A stretch of 38,481 nucleotides of DNA from Chthonomonas calidirosea (GCA_945859975.1 CAMAPH010000027.1:1-38481); one strand, 5' to 3'. Positions 20,471 to 29,862 are shown, counted from the first letter of the stretch. Notes: generated by a model not told the origin, from the sequence alone. Program-made: numbers and translations.

Positions 20471-21500
20471 GTTCGCCGATCTGATGGCGCAGGCTAAGAG
20501 CGGCATTCTTCAAGGCTTTCGTGCGCCATTGCTCACCGGGTTCGTTGCATTGCTTGTGAGCTGGTTTGCGACCCCTTGGATGCGAACGCTGGCCTTCAAA
20601 TATGGTGCGGTCGACGATCCTAAGCAGGATGACCGGCGCATTCATAAAGAGCCACTCGCTCGATGGGGCGGCATTGCGATCTACCTCGGCATCCTCGCCT
20701 CTCTGCTTGTCGTTCTGCCGTTCGCGTTTCCGACCACTGAGCCTTTTCCGCGCTACCTGATCGGGATTTTGGTCGTGGGAGGCGGTCTCGTCGCTTTTGG
20801 CGCGATGGACGACCTCAAGCAATTTTCCGCTCGCAAGCAGCTCATTGCGCTTCTTGGCGCAGGCTTAGTCGTTCAGTTGTTCACTGGCAGCATCGGCCGA
20901 GTGCAGATCGGCTCGCTGGTAATTCCGCTATCCTCGCCTCCAAGCTATCTGATTCTCGGCTGGGCGGCGTTCCCGATCACGGCAATTTACATTTTTATCG
21001 TCACCAAGACGATGGACACGATCGACGGCGTGGACGGCCTAGCATCCGGGATCGCCACGATCACGGCCGCGACGTTGACGGTTGTCGCGGCTTATGGCGA
21101 ACAGCCGCGGGTCGCGATCATCGCCGCCAGTATCGCCGGTGCTTCGCTCGGGTTCCTCCGGCACAACTACAATCCAGCGAAGATCATCATGGGGACTGGT
21201 GGTGCCTATATTCTTGGATTCACGCTGGCCTGTCTCAGCATCGTCGGGGCGCTTAAGACAGCGGCGGCGGTTTCGATTCTCATCCCGGTTCTAGCGTTCG
21301 GAGTGCCGATTTTTGATGCGTTCTTCGTCATCTTCCGGCGATGGAAGAGCGGCGTTCCCATTACCACCGCCGACAAGCGGCACGTCCACCACACCTTGCT
21401 TGGGCACGGACTTTCTCAGCGGCAAACAGTTTGGGTTCTTTACACCGTGACTGCGCTCCTGTGTGCCGCGCTGCTGATTATCGTGAAGTTTTATGCCTAA
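20463..21500 (+). CDS. Undecaprenyl-phosphate alpha-GlcNAc-1-phosphate transferase (WecA/TagO, GT family 4)
   Basis: Multi-TM; RRIHKEP.ARWGG, GAMDD, IDGVDGLA, GFLRHNYNPAKIIMG, DKRHVHHTL. Confidence 0.92.
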   Translation: MFEFADLMAQAKSGILQGFRAPLLTGFVALLVSWFATPWMRTLAFKYGAVDDPKQDDRRIHKEPLARWGGIAIYLGILASLLVVLPFAFPTTEPFPRYLIGILVVGGGLVAFGAMDDLKQFSARKQLIALLGAGLVVQLFTGSIGRVQIGSLVIPLSSPPSYLILGWAAFPITAIYIFIVTKTMDTIDGVDGLASGIATITAATLTVVAAYGEQPRVAIIAASIAGASLGFLRHNYNPAKIIMGTGGAYILGFTLACLSIVGALKTAAAVSILIPVLAFGVPIFDAFFVIFRRWKSGVPITTADKRHVHHTLLGHGLSQRQTVWVLYTVTALLCAALLIIVKFYA

Positions 21501-22623
21501 GCCAAAGGTCGTTCTCGTCGTCGGTACGCGCCCGGAGGCGATCAAGGTCGCGCCGGTCGTTTTGGCACTTCGGAAGAGCGACGCGATTGAAACGATCCTG
21601 GTCTCCACGGGCCAGCATCGGGAGATCTTGCACAGTGCCCTAGCCGCGTTCGGCGTGTCGCCAGATCACGATCTGGACATCATGCAGCACGGGCAAACGC
21701 TCTCCCAGGTCACTTGTCGCGCGCTTGCTGGTCTCGATTCGCTGATGGCGGAGTTGGAGCCGGCAATGATGGTGGCGCAAGGGGACACAACAACGACGTT
21801 TGTTGCCGCTCTGAACGCGTTCTACCGGCGTATTCCTTTTGCGCACGTCGAGGCCGGGCTCCGCACCGAGACGGTCCAGAATCCGTTTCCCGAAGAGTTC
21901 AACCGCCGCGCTGCTGGACTGATTGCCGACCTTCACTTTCCGCCGACCGATTGGTCGGCCGACAATCTGCGTCGCGAAGGGAAGGACCCGGCGACCATTT
22001 TTGTTTGTGGAAACACTGGCATCGATGCCGTCCAGCAAACCGCCGCACAAACCCAGGCAGAGTGGTTCCCAGAGCACAAGGGCCGTGTCGTTTTGCTGAC
22101 CACGCACCGAAGGGAGAACTGGGGTGAGCCGCAGGCTCAGATCGCCCGCGCTGCATTGCGCTTGGTCAACGAGTTTGAGGATGTCCTGCTCGTCGTTGCG
22201 ATGCATCCGAACCCGGTTGTTCGCGAGACCTTGCTGCCGATCCTCGGCGACCACCCAAGGATCCGGTGCATCGAGCCGCCGGACTACGCGCCGTTTGTGA
22301 AGCTGATGCAGCGTAGCTACCTGATCCTCTCGGACAGCGGGGGAGTTCAGGAAGAAGCCCCAGCGTTCGGCATCCCGGTCCTGGTGCTGAGGGACACTAC
22401 CGAGCGACCCGAAGGCGTGACTGCCGGAACGGCGAAGCTCGTTGGGACCGACGAATCCGTGATTTATGCTGCCGGCAAACTTCTCCTAGAAGATGAATCG
22501 GCTTACAAATCGATGGCAAACGCGGTAAGCCCTTACGGAGACGGTCGCGCCAGCGAGCGAATTCGGTACATCATCTTGCGGCGACTCGGAATTGAGTCGC
22601 CGCCGGAGACGATGTGGATTTAA
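21493..22623 (+). CDS. wecB: UDP-N-acetylglucosamine 2-epimerase (non-hydrolysing)
   Basis: GTRPEAIK, TGQHRE, QGDTTT, HVEAGLR, PFPEEFNR, GNTGIDA, HRREN, DSGGVQEEAP, TERPEG, PYGDG. Confidence 0.97.
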   Translation: MPKPKVVLVVGTRPEAIKVAPVVLALRKSDAIETILVSTGQHREILHSALAAFGVSPDHDLDIMQHGQTLSQVTCRALAGLDSLMAELEPAMMVAQGDTTTTFVAALNAFYRRIPFAHVEAGLRTETVQNPFPEEFNRRAAGLIADLHFPPTDWSADNLRREGKDPATIFVCGNTGIDAVQQTAAQTQAEWFPEHKGRVVLLTTHRRENWGEPQAQIARAALRLVNEFEDVLLVVAMHPNPVVRETLLPILGDHPRIRCIEPPDYAPFVKLMQRSYLILSDSGGVQEEAPAFGIPVLVLRDTTERPEGVTAGTAKLVGTDESVIYAAGKLLLEDESAYKSMANAVSPYGDGRASERIRYIILRRLGIESPPETMWI

Positions 22624-23489
22624 TCGAAGCGATTTTGTACGGGATTGTTCAAGGACTGACGGAATGGCTTCCAATTTCCAGCACGGCGCACTTGCGCATT
22701 TTGCCGGCGCTACTAGGCAAGCCTGATCCGGGTGCCGGATTTACCGCCGTTATCCAACTCGGCACCGTTTTGGCGGTCCTGATCTTCTTTAGAAGCGACA
22801 TAGCCCAGGCGCTCTCGGCATTCTTCAAGAGCCTGCGCGGCGAAGGTCGGGACACTCCCGAGGCGAAGCTGGCATGGGGGGCGTTCTATGGCACCTTGCC
22901 GATCCTAATCATTGGTTTTGCCCTCAAGGATCTCATCAAAAGCAACCAAACGCGATCGCTCTACGTGATTGCTGGGACCCTGATTTTCATGGGGGTCGTC
23001 ATGCTGATTGCGGAAAAAGTTGGCAAGCAGAACCGTGGAAAGGAGGACCTCGAGGTCAAAGATGGGATCATCGTCGGGTGCTGGCAGGCGCTCGCGTTGC
23101 TGCCCGGAATGTCGCGAAGTGGCAGCACGATTTCCGGCGCTTTGTTCCAGGGTCTCGACCGAACCACCGCCGCGCGATTCTCGTTCTTACTGAGCATTCC
23201 GAGCATCACGGCGGCGGGAGTTTACGAGCTCTATTCGGAGCGAAAGGAAATCTTTGGCCCGCTCTTGATGCCAGCGTTGGTGGCCACAGTCGTTTCGTTC
23301 GTAGTCGGATACGCCAGTATCGCTCTGTTGCTAAAGGTGATCCAGAAGCAGGGAATCGGAATATTCGTTGGCTATCGAATCGTGCTTGGAATCGTTTTGC
23401 TCGTGCTCCTGAGTCAGGGCAAGCTGGTCGCGACGGAGCCAGAAACGGCACCGGGCGAAAAAGTGGTGGCGTCTCGTGTTTCGCCGTAA
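22614..23489 (+). CDS. uppP: Undecaprenyl-diphosphate phosphatase (BacA)
   Basis: GIVQGLTEWLPISSTAH, IQLGT, LLPGMSRSGSTI, AARFSFLLSIP. Confidence 0.97.
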   Translation: MDLIEAILYGIVQGLTEWLPISSTAHLRILPALLGKPDPGAGFTAVIQLGTVLAVLIFFRSDIAQALSAFFKSLRGEGRDTPEAKLAWGAFYGTLPILIIGFALKDLIKSNQTRSLYVIAGTLIFMGVVMLIAEKVGKQNRGKEDLEVKDGIIVGCWQALALLPGMSRSGSTISGALFQGLDRTTAARFSFLLSIPSITAAGVYELYSERKEIFGPLLMPALVATVVSFVVGYASIALLLKVIQKQGIGIFVGYRIVLGIVLLVLLSQGKLVATEPETAPGEKVVASRVSP

Positions 23490-24075
23490 AGTCGTACCGG
23501 TTGGTCCGCCGACTTGGCTAATCGTCGGTCTCGGGAACCCCGGACCGGAGTATCGCGGCACGCGGCACAACGTTGGCTTTGAAGTCATCGACCACCTTGC
23601 CGACGACCACCGAATCAAGCTGGACCAAAGCAAGCATAAGGCGCGATTTGGAATCGGCGTTGTCGAGGACACGACGGTCGTTTTGGTTAAACCGCTGACC
23701 TTCATGAACCTCAGCGGGCAAGCCGTTGCACCTTTGGCAAAGCAATTCGACATCAAGCCCGAAAAGATCCTTGTCATCGCCGACGACCTAGATTTGCCAG
23801 TCGGAAAGAACCGTTTGCGACCAAAGGGAAGCGCCGGCGGGCACAACGGGCACAAGAGCCTGATTCAGCATCTGGGAACCGAGGAGTATCCCCGCCTAAA
23901 GATCGGAATCGGAAACGTCGGTAAGACGCAGACCATCGATCACGTGCTCGGAACGTTTCCGCCAGATGAGCGAGACATCATCAACAGCGCAATTGACCAT
24001 GCCGTAATGAGCATCAAGATCGTTCTGGATCGTGGTCTAGAAGCCGGGATCAGCTGGGCTAACGAATCGAAATAG
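23476..24075 (+). CDS. pth: Peptidyl-tRNA hydrolase
   Basis: LIVGLGNPG.EY..TRHNVGF, KPLTFMNLSG, DDLDLP, GSAGGHNG, RLKIGIG. Confidence 0.97.
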   Translation: MFRRKVVPVGPPTWLIVGLGNPGPEYRGTRHNVGFEVIDHLADDHRIKLDQSKHKARFGIGVVEDTTVVLVKPLTFMNLSGQAVAPLAKQFDIKPEKILVIADDLDLPVGKNRLRPKGSAGGHNGHKSLIQHLGTEEYPRLKIGIGNVGKTQTIDHVLGTFPPDERDIINSAIDHAVMSIKIVLDRGLEAGISWANESK

Positions 24076-24430
24076 GCGTCGGTCGCTCGACGTACGAGTG
24101 CTGAATGGAAAGCACGTGGATCGGGCCGCAGCCCTCACCCCACACCGATTGGTCGCGGTTCATGAAAGCGTGATAGACCAGAGCACCTTCCTTGGTTCGG
24201 CCCCATCGGGGCTCGCCAAAACCGGTGCGAAGCAGAACGTACATTCCGGGCGGGACACCGATGTCGTCGTGGAACACGTGACCGTTCGCTAGGCCCGCGA
24301 TCGAATCGATGGATAGGTCAGAAACGATGGCATGGCCCCGGATGTTGATCCGCATCGATCCCTGATTCTGAAGAAGAATGAATTCAGAATTGGGTGTTTG
24401 ATTTCGCTGAACCCCGATGATTCGTATCAC
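24059..24430 (-). CDS. Small hypothetical protein, lamin-tail-domain (LTD)-like
   Basis: EFILLQNQG..RINIRG...HVF....VPPG.YVLLRTG resembles the LTD pattern; SD GGGAGG before GTG; no signal peptide. Confidence 0.6.
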   Translation of the reverse strand: MIRIIGVQRNQTPNSEFILLQNQGSMRINIRGHAIVSDLSIDSIAGLANGHVFHDDIGVPPGMYVLLRTGFGEPRWGRTKEGALVYHAFMNRDQSVWGEGCGPIHVLSIQHSYVERPTPISIR

Positions 24431-24494
24431 TGATCGCCTCCCTACGACACGCTTTCAGTGTATGACGGCTGACCCGGCTTGTAAGCACCTAACG

Positions 24495-24947
24495 CTAAGA
24501 GTTTTGAGATTTTTTAGCGATGATTTCCGCAAGGGATCGATTTAGGGTTCGAAGCGTTCGCAACGCGTTCTCCCAGTCTTCGGCTGGAATGCGCTCAACG
24601 GCTTCGCGCTCGGCGGATTTGATGCTTTGGAACGTCGTTCGGATAACGGCTCGGCCGTGGGCGGTGAGGCTCACGCGCTTCAGGCGAGCGTCGGCGGGGT
24701 CTGCGCTTCGTTCGATGAGACCGGCTTGAATAGTTTTCTGAATGGCCTCGCTCATGGTGGCGGGAGCGACACCGAGGCGTCGCGCGAGCTCGGCTTGCGA
24801 GGCGTCTCCGGCTCCGGCAACGGCCGAAATCAGGTCGAAGGTGGCGCGCGAGATTCCGAGTTCCTTCAAGATGGGGTTTGCGACCTCGGCCAAAAGCTCC
24901 GTCAATAGGCCCGCTTGTCCCGAAAGCGTATCGCCAACACCGTCCAT
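24495..24947 (-). CDS. MarR family transcriptional regulator
   Basis: SQAELARRLGVAPATMS...GLIERSADPADARLKRVSLTAHG. Confidence 0.93.
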   Translation of the reverse strand: MDGVGDTLSGQAGLLTELLAEVANPILKELGISRATFDLISAVAGAGDASQAELARRLGVAPATMSEAIQKTIQAGLIERSADPADARLKRVSLTAHGRAVIRTTFQSIKSAEREAVERIPAEDWENALRTLRTLNRSLAEIIAKKSQNS

Positions 24948-24968
24948 GCGTTTATTATGCGGTTCGGG

Positions 24969-25838
24969 ATGAATAGTAATAACCGCGGGTTTTTGATTGC
25001 GATCGTTGGATTGGTCGTGGCCGGCGCAGGCTACGCATTCCTGATCCGGCCAAACGTGGGTAAGTCGGTTGTATCTGGGATCGGCGCGAAGTCGGCACCC
25101 ATCAAGCTGGCACCGGGCACAAAAGTTCCATTGACGCTGATGCAGGAACTAGAATCCGGAGGAACGCCGACGGGCACCAAGGTCTCGTTCATGGTCAACC
25201 AGGATGTTCAAGCTGACGGTGGATTGGCGATTCCGAAAGGCTCGGTAGTGATTGGCGAAGTCAGTTGGAGCCGCCGGGAGAACGCCCTTGATGGCGTTAT
25301 GCAGCGTCCGGCAAGGCTGAACCTAAAGTTCACCGAAGCCCGGCTGGCCGACGGGCAAACTGTTCTCATCGGCGGTGCGACCGACTCCGAGGAGTTCGAG
25401 TTCAATCGCGATAACACCACGCGAAACGCTGCCCCGGAGCCCGAAGTGACCAATCCGGCGGTGGAAGAGGCGCTTACCAAGTTAAGAGCAAAGCTATCGG
25501 AATCCGATCCTGACCTGAAAGAAGAAGACCTCAAGCCGCTTCTGGATGGCATCGCGGGGGATCTTAAGCTCCAATCGACGGAGCGGATTCTCAAGCAAAA
25601 CGAGCTGGGCGAAGTGAACCAGTTGCTCAAGCAGCTGAAGGGGACCGGCGGAGTCGCCAGTTTGGCGACCGGGCAAGCGGAGCTGGCCATTGCGGCCGTG
25701 CAGGAGCTTGCTCAAGTCGCAAACGGAGTTGGAAGGCGCATGGATCGGATGCTGCGAGGCCGGAACATAAAGGCGTACATGGGCACCGAAATTGAACTCG
25801 TGGTGCGCGATTCCGCGAGCCTGAACAAGAAGAAGTGA
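24969..25838 (+). CDS. Membrane-anchored hypothetical protein with a TrbI/VirB10-like beta domain interrupted by a helical insert
   Basis: N-terminal TM; LAPGTKVPLTL..EL.S, IPKGSVVIGEV, ARLNLKF...DGQTV, closing IKAYMGTEIELVV. Start uncertain (24957 or 24969). Confidence 0.6.
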   Translation: MNSNNRGFLIAIVGLVVAGAGYAFLIRPNVGKSVVSGIGAKSAPIKLAPGTKVPLTLMQELESGGTPTGTKVSFMVNQDVQADGGLAIPKGSVVIGEVSWSRRENALDGVMQRPARLNLKFTEARLADGQTVLIGGATDSEEFEFNRDNTTRNAAPEPEVTNPAVEEALTKLRAKLSESDPDLKEEDLKPLLDGIAGDLKLQSTERILKQNELGEVNQLLKQLKGTGGVASLATGQAELAIAAVQELAQVANGVGRRMDRMLRGRNIKAYMGTEIELVVRDSASLNKKK

Positions 25839-26323
25839 AGCGAACGCTCCTGCTGATCCGCGGAGACTGCACCGGGAGTTTCGGTCTAATTTCTGACTAT
25901 TGGCACTGGTTTCGCTTAGAGCAGCGGCTTCGGCATGGTCGCCGCTACATCATTCGAGAGTTGATCGAGCCGTCCGTAGCAATGGTCGTTGCCGCAATGG
26001 CCAGCGCCGACGCCGTTATGATCTACGGGCACGGATCTTCTGATGGTCGGGGTGCACTTTTGCAGGCTGGGACGGGATTTCGACACACCGACGTTGCGAA
26101 GTCCGGCATCGCTTTGTTGGATGCGGCGGTCTTAAACAAACTCGAGACCCTTCGAACGGCACCGCTCGACTTTGTCTTCAGTGCGACGTGTTTTGGCGCT
26201 AGCAACCCTGGACTGGTTTCTGCTTGGCTGCGAGTAACGCGTGAGTACACGAGCTACCCAGGGACGACCTTTGATGTCGACCCGCGGAGGATCACTTTTC
26301 CCGTTAAGTTTGCTCAGGAGTGA
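25835..26323 (+). CDS. Hypothetical protein, possible caspase/CHAT-fold cysteine peptidase
   Basis: GTGA overlap with the upstream gene; hydrophobic strand + GHG (AVMIYGHG) and strand + C (LDFVFSATC). Confidence 0.5.
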   Translation: MKRTLLLIRGDCTGSFGLISDYWHWFRLEQRLRHGRRYIIRELIEPSVAMVVAAMASADAVMIYGHGSSDGRGALLQAGTGFRHTDVAKSGIALLDAAVLNKLETLRTAPLDFVFSATCFGASNPGLVSAWLRVTREYTSYPGTTFDVDPRRITFPVKFAQE

Positions 26324-26360
26324 CCCGTTGCCCTCTGCATAAATACGCGAGAGCAACGGG
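26324..26360. terminator. Possible hairpin terminator between convergent genes
   Basis: CCCGTTGC...GCAACGGG inverted repeat with a long loop; no U-tract. Confidence 0.35.
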
Positions 26361-26369
26361 ACATTGGCT

Positions 26370-27638
26370 TTAGTCGATGGCCTGGGTGTAGACGGCCTTG
26401 ATGACTTCTTCCGGTGTCGTCCAGCCTTGCATCACCTTGAACTTTCCGTCTTGCATCATGCTGCGGAAGTCTTGGCGAGCGGCGATTTCGGCCATTTCCG
26501 GGAAAGTCGCGTTGCGGGCGATTCCGGCGCGGACTTCTGGAGTTCCGAGCAGCAGTTCGAAGACTCCGAGTCGGCCACGATAGCCGGTGCCGCGACAATC
26601 GGCGCAGCCGACGCCTTTCGCAAACTTGCCGTCTTCAAGTTCCTGCGCGGTGAGCTTGAGTGTCTCGATTTCATCGGCACTCGGCGTGTAGCGCTGGCGG
26701 CATTTGCCGCAGTTCAGACGCACGAGTCGCTGGGCAAGGATGGCAACGGCAACGCCGGCAACCAGGTACGGCTCCGCGTTCATGTCCACCATTCGGCCAA
26801 CCGTTTCGATCGCGTTGTTGGTGTGAAGGGTGCTGAGGACCAAGTGACCAGTGAGGCCCGCTTGGATGCCGATCGCAAGGCTTTCGGCGTCTCGCATTTC
26901 ACCGACCATCATGACGTCGGGGTCTTGTCGAAGGAAGGTTCGCATGACCTTCGGGAAGGTTAGTTTCTCCGAGACTTGAACCTGGGCGATGTTGTGGTCG
27001 AATTCGTATTCAATCGGGTCTTCGACGGTGACGATGTTCCGGTTCCGGGCATCGAGCTGTTGGAGCGATGCGTAAAGCGTCGAGGTTTTTCCGGAACCAG
27101 TTGGACCCGTGACGAGAATGAGGCCGTAGGGCACCTTGATGACCCGGCTCCACTTGCGGAGCACGTCTTCCGGCATTCCTAGCTTCGCCAGGTCCACCTT
27201 CATCGCGTTCGGGTCGAGAAGTCGCATAACGAACTTCTCGCCGTTGAGACAGGGGATACAAGAAGCACGAGCCGAGAGCCGTCGTCCGCCGTACTCCATG
27301 TCAATTCGTCCGTCTTGCGGTTCGCGGTTCTCGTCGATTCGCATCCCCGCGGCGAGCTTCAATCGGGCGAGGGCGTTTTGCGCTTGCTCGGGCGGGAGCT
27401 GTCCGGTTTCGTGGAGAACGCCGTCCTGTCGGAAGCGAATCTTGAGCTGCTCTCGTTCCGGCTGCAAGTGGATATCCGACGTGCCGGTATCAAGCGCGTT
27501 CATGAAGATGCTGTCGACGATTTGCACCGCGATGGACATGTCCTCGCCGCCGAGTTCCCGAACCATCCCTGATTCGCGGAGAATGAGCCGAAACTTTTTC
27601 CCGGCTCCGAAATTACCAATGGCTTGATCCGAAATCAT
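26370..27638 (-). CDS. GspE/PilB family secretion/pilus assembly ATPase
   Basis: SDIHLQP, RFRQDGVL, PQDGRI, Walker A GPTGSGKT, TVEDPIEY, LRQDPDVMMVGEMRD, TGHLVLSTLHTN, CxxC...CxxC. Start at ATG 27638 after an AAGGA SD. Confidence 0.95.
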   Translation of the reverse strand: MISDQAIGNFGAGKKFRLILRESGMVRELGGEDMSIAVQIVDSIFMNALDTGTSDIHLQPEREQLKIRFRQDGVLHETGQLPPEQAQNALARLKLAAGMRIDENREPQDGRIDMEYGGRRLSARASCIPCLNGEKFVMRLLDPNAMKVDLAKLGMPEDVLRKWSRVIKVPYGLILVTGPTGSGKTSTLYASLQQLDARNRNIVTVEDPIEYEFDHNIAQVQVSEKLTFPKVMRTFLRQDPDVMMVGEMRDAESLAIGIQAGLTGHLVLSTLHTNNAIETVGRMVDMNAEPYLVAGVAVAILAQRLVRLNCGKCRQRYTPSADEIETLKLTAQELEDGKFAKGVGCADCRGTGYRGRLGVFELLLGTPEVRAGIARNATFPEMAEIAARQDFRSMMQDGKFKVMQGWTTPEEVIKAVYTQAID

Positions 27639-27694
27639 TTCCGTTTGAATCCTTTCTGCGCACTCACAATACAACAACCGGCATACTTGCTCAA

Positions 27695-28621
27695 GTGTCC
27701 CCGCCTCGTGAAAGCGAATCTCGGCCCTCTGTTTGGAGTTGGCCGCTCGTGGTCACGGTGCTTTTTTGGGGTTACAACTTCGTTTCCGTAAAGTTGGTGT
27801 ACCAACAAGTGACGCCCGCAGCCCTCGCGCTGGTTCGCTATTTGGCGATGTGGGCGCTTTTGCACCTTGTTTGTGCGGTGCTCAAACGACCGGTAAAGGT
27901 TGATCCGTCCGATCGAGTCAAGGTGTGGGCCGCTGGACTCGTATCGATGGGCGTCTACATGATCTTCTTTTTAGAGGGAATGCGAAGAACCACGGCGCCG
28001 GAGGGGGCGATCCTTCTCTCCACGACCCCATTGCTCACCTACATCTTCTCGCTGATCATGAAGATCGAGGAACCCAAGCCGCTTGCGATGGCGGGAACCG
28101 TCGTGGCCTTCGGTGGGGTTACCGCAGTTATTCTCGGCGGTGTCAAGGCAACGGGCAACGGATCGCTTTTGGGGAACGCGCTAGTCTTCACCGGAGCCGT
28201 GGTTTGGGCGCTCAGCACGATGCAGATGCGACCACTCCTAGCGAAATATGAGGCGCTGCCGCTCTTCACCGCTTCGATGCCCGGGGCTTTGCTCGTTCTG
28301 TTGCCGTTCGGACTGCGAGATTCGATTGCTGTGGCCTGGAGCAGCCTCACCCCGCAAACGTGGATCAACCTAACACAGATCACGGTCGGTTCTGGGACGA
28401 TTGCCTTTGTTTGCTTCTATCTCGGGGTGAAGCAAGTCGGCCCGGCGATGGCAACGCGATACCAGTTCTTCGTGCCGATCTTTGCAGCATTTGTGGCTTG
28501 GCTGGTGCTCGGCCAGACCTTAAACGTGGTGCAGTGGATCGGGATTGCGGTCGTGATCTCGGGCGTGTTTTTGACTTCGTATGCCCGCTTTACCGGATCA
28601 AAGCCGAAAGCCGCGGCGTAA
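27695..28621 (+). CDS. EamA/DMT family transporter
   Basis: About ten TM segments in two repeats; LFWGYNF, LALVRY, TTPLLT, GVKQVGP, PIFAAFVAWLVLGQ. Confidence 0.93.
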   Translation: MSPPRESESRPSVWSWPLVVTVLFWGYNFVSVKLVYQQVTPAALALVRYLAMWALLHLVCAVLKRPVKVDPSDRVKVWAAGLVSMGVYMIFFLEGMRRTTAPEGAILLSTTPLLTYIFSLIMKIEEPKPLAMAGTVVAFGGVTAVILGGVKATGNGSLLGNALVFTGAVVWALSTMQMRPLLAKYEALPLFTASMPGALLVLLPFGLRDSIAVAWSSLTPQTWINLTQITVGSGTIAFVCFYLGVKQVGPAMATRYQFFVPIFAAFVAWLVLGQTLNVVQWIGIAVVISGVFLTSYARFTGSKPKAAA

Positions 28622-28630
28622 ACTACGGTT

Positions 28631-29038
28631 GTGAGCGAGTACCGAATTCAGAAAACAGAAGAAGAGTGGCGGGAGCAGCTAGATCCGGTGCAGTACCGAG
28701 TGTTGCGCGAGAAGGGCACCGAGCGACCGTTCACCCACGAGCTCTGGAAGGAATCGCCCAAGGGGACATATCTTTGCGCGGCTTGCGAAACCCCCTTGTT
28801 CAAAGACACCGCGAAATTCTTTAGCGCCTGCGGTTGGCCCGCGTTTTATGAGGCAGCAGAAGCGGGAACGGTGAAAGAGATCGAGGACTTCACCCACGGA
28901 ATGCACCGAGTCGAGGTAGTTTGCGCGGCATGCGGCGGTCACCTCGGGCATGTGTTTCAGGATGCACCTCACACGCCAACAGGCTTACGCTATTGCATTA
29001 ACGGCGTAAGCCTGAAGTTCGTGCCGCCGGCTGAGTGA
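28631..29038 (+). CDS. msrB: Peptide-methionine (R)-S-oxide reductase
   Basis: LREKGTERPF, two CxxC zinc motifs, CGWPAF, GHLGHVF.D, RYCING; no signal peptide. Confidence 0.97.
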   Translation: MSEYRIQKTEEEWREQLDPVQYRVLREKGTERPFTHELWKESPKGTYLCAACETPLFKDTAKFFSACGWPAFYEAAEAGTVKEIEDFTHGMHRVEVVCAACGGHLGHVFQDAPHTPTGLRYCINGVSLKFVPPAE

Positions 29039-29041
29039 TCC

Positions 29042-29278
29042 TCAGGCGGCCTTGAGCATTGACGAAAGGCGATCGTTTAAGTCCGCAGGAACTGGAACTT
29101 CGGCCAAGTTTTGTGCGACGTATCGCAACACGTTGGCCTCAAACCGGTACTCGCCTGAGCACATTGTGCAGTTTTCAAGGTGAGCGTCGACCGCGGCGAT
29201 CTCTTCTGCTGAAAGTTCGCGGTCTAAGTAGTCCTGAAGTCTTTCAAAGACCTCGCCACAAGTGAATGGTTGATTCAT
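29042..29278 (-). CDS. Zinc-binding anti-sigma factor (zf-HC2, RsrA/RshA-like), soluble
   Basis: CGEVFERLQDYLDREL...HLENCTMC (HxxxCxxC); ATGA overlap with the sigma stop codon; no TM helix. Confidence 0.92.
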   Translation of the reverse strand: MNQPFTCGEVFERLQDYLDRELSAEEIAAVDAHLENCTMCSGEYRFEANVLRYVAQNLAEVPVPADLNDRLSSMLKAA

Positions 29279-29847
29279 GAGTTGATTTCCTCCGAGATAA
29301 GTCCTCGGTCTACGGCTAGTTGCCAAAGTGAAACTTGAAGTTGCTTTCTTGCGCGATGCAGTCTCGACCGGACGGTTCCGATGGGAATGTCTAGTGCTAC
29401 GGCGATGTCCTCATAAGGCATCGCAGTTAGATAATGCATGATTGCGACGGTGCGATAGTCATCAGACAATCGGTCAATCGCATCGCGTACGGTTTCCTGA
29501 TCCATTTTCTCGAGAATCGCGGCGGCCGGATTGTCTCCTTCCATCGTGTGCCCGAGTCTGGCGGCCTGATCGTACAAATACAGATCAGGGGCATCGTCTA
29601 GCGACTCCGTCTGGTGTCGCTTGTTCTGCTGAGAAACTCGATAGAAGCGATTCGTCAAGATTCGCAGGAACCACGCACGGAAGTTTGAATCCGGCTGGAA
29701 CGACTCGATTGCTTTGTAGGCAAGGAGAACGGCGTCTTGGAGTAAATCCATGGCGGCGTCTGCATTCCCGGTGAGCCGAAAGGCGTACCGATAAGCCACT
29801 TCTTGGTGTGGCTTCAGCAAGGATTCGAAGGTTGCTTGCGGATTCAT
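29275..29847 (-). CDS. ECF RNA polymerase sigma factor (SigH/SigR-like)
   Basis: Region 2 AYRYAFRLTGNADAAMDLLQD...NFRAWFLRILTN; region 4 YEDIAVALDIPIGTVRSRLHRARKQL. Start at ATG 29847 (GGAG SD) or 29853. Confidence 0.95.
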   Translation of the reverse strand: MNPQATFESLLKPHQEVAYRYAFRLTGNADAAMDLLQDAVLLAYKAIESFQPDSNFRAWFLRILTNRFYRVSQQNKRHQTESLDDAPDLYLYDQAARLGHTMEGDNPAAAILEKMDQETVRDAIDRLSDDYRTVAIMHYLTAMPYEDIAVALDIPIGTVRSRLHRARKQLQVSLWQLAVDRGLISEEINS

Positions 29848-29862
29848 TGGCATCTCCAAAGC

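Noticed and set aside
24969..27638. Conjugative/type IV secretion locus (VirB10-like protein plus ATPase)
   Set aside because: The ATPase is GspE/PilB-type with a tetracysteine motif rather than VirB11/VirB4, it is on the opposite strand, and no other T4SS genes are present.
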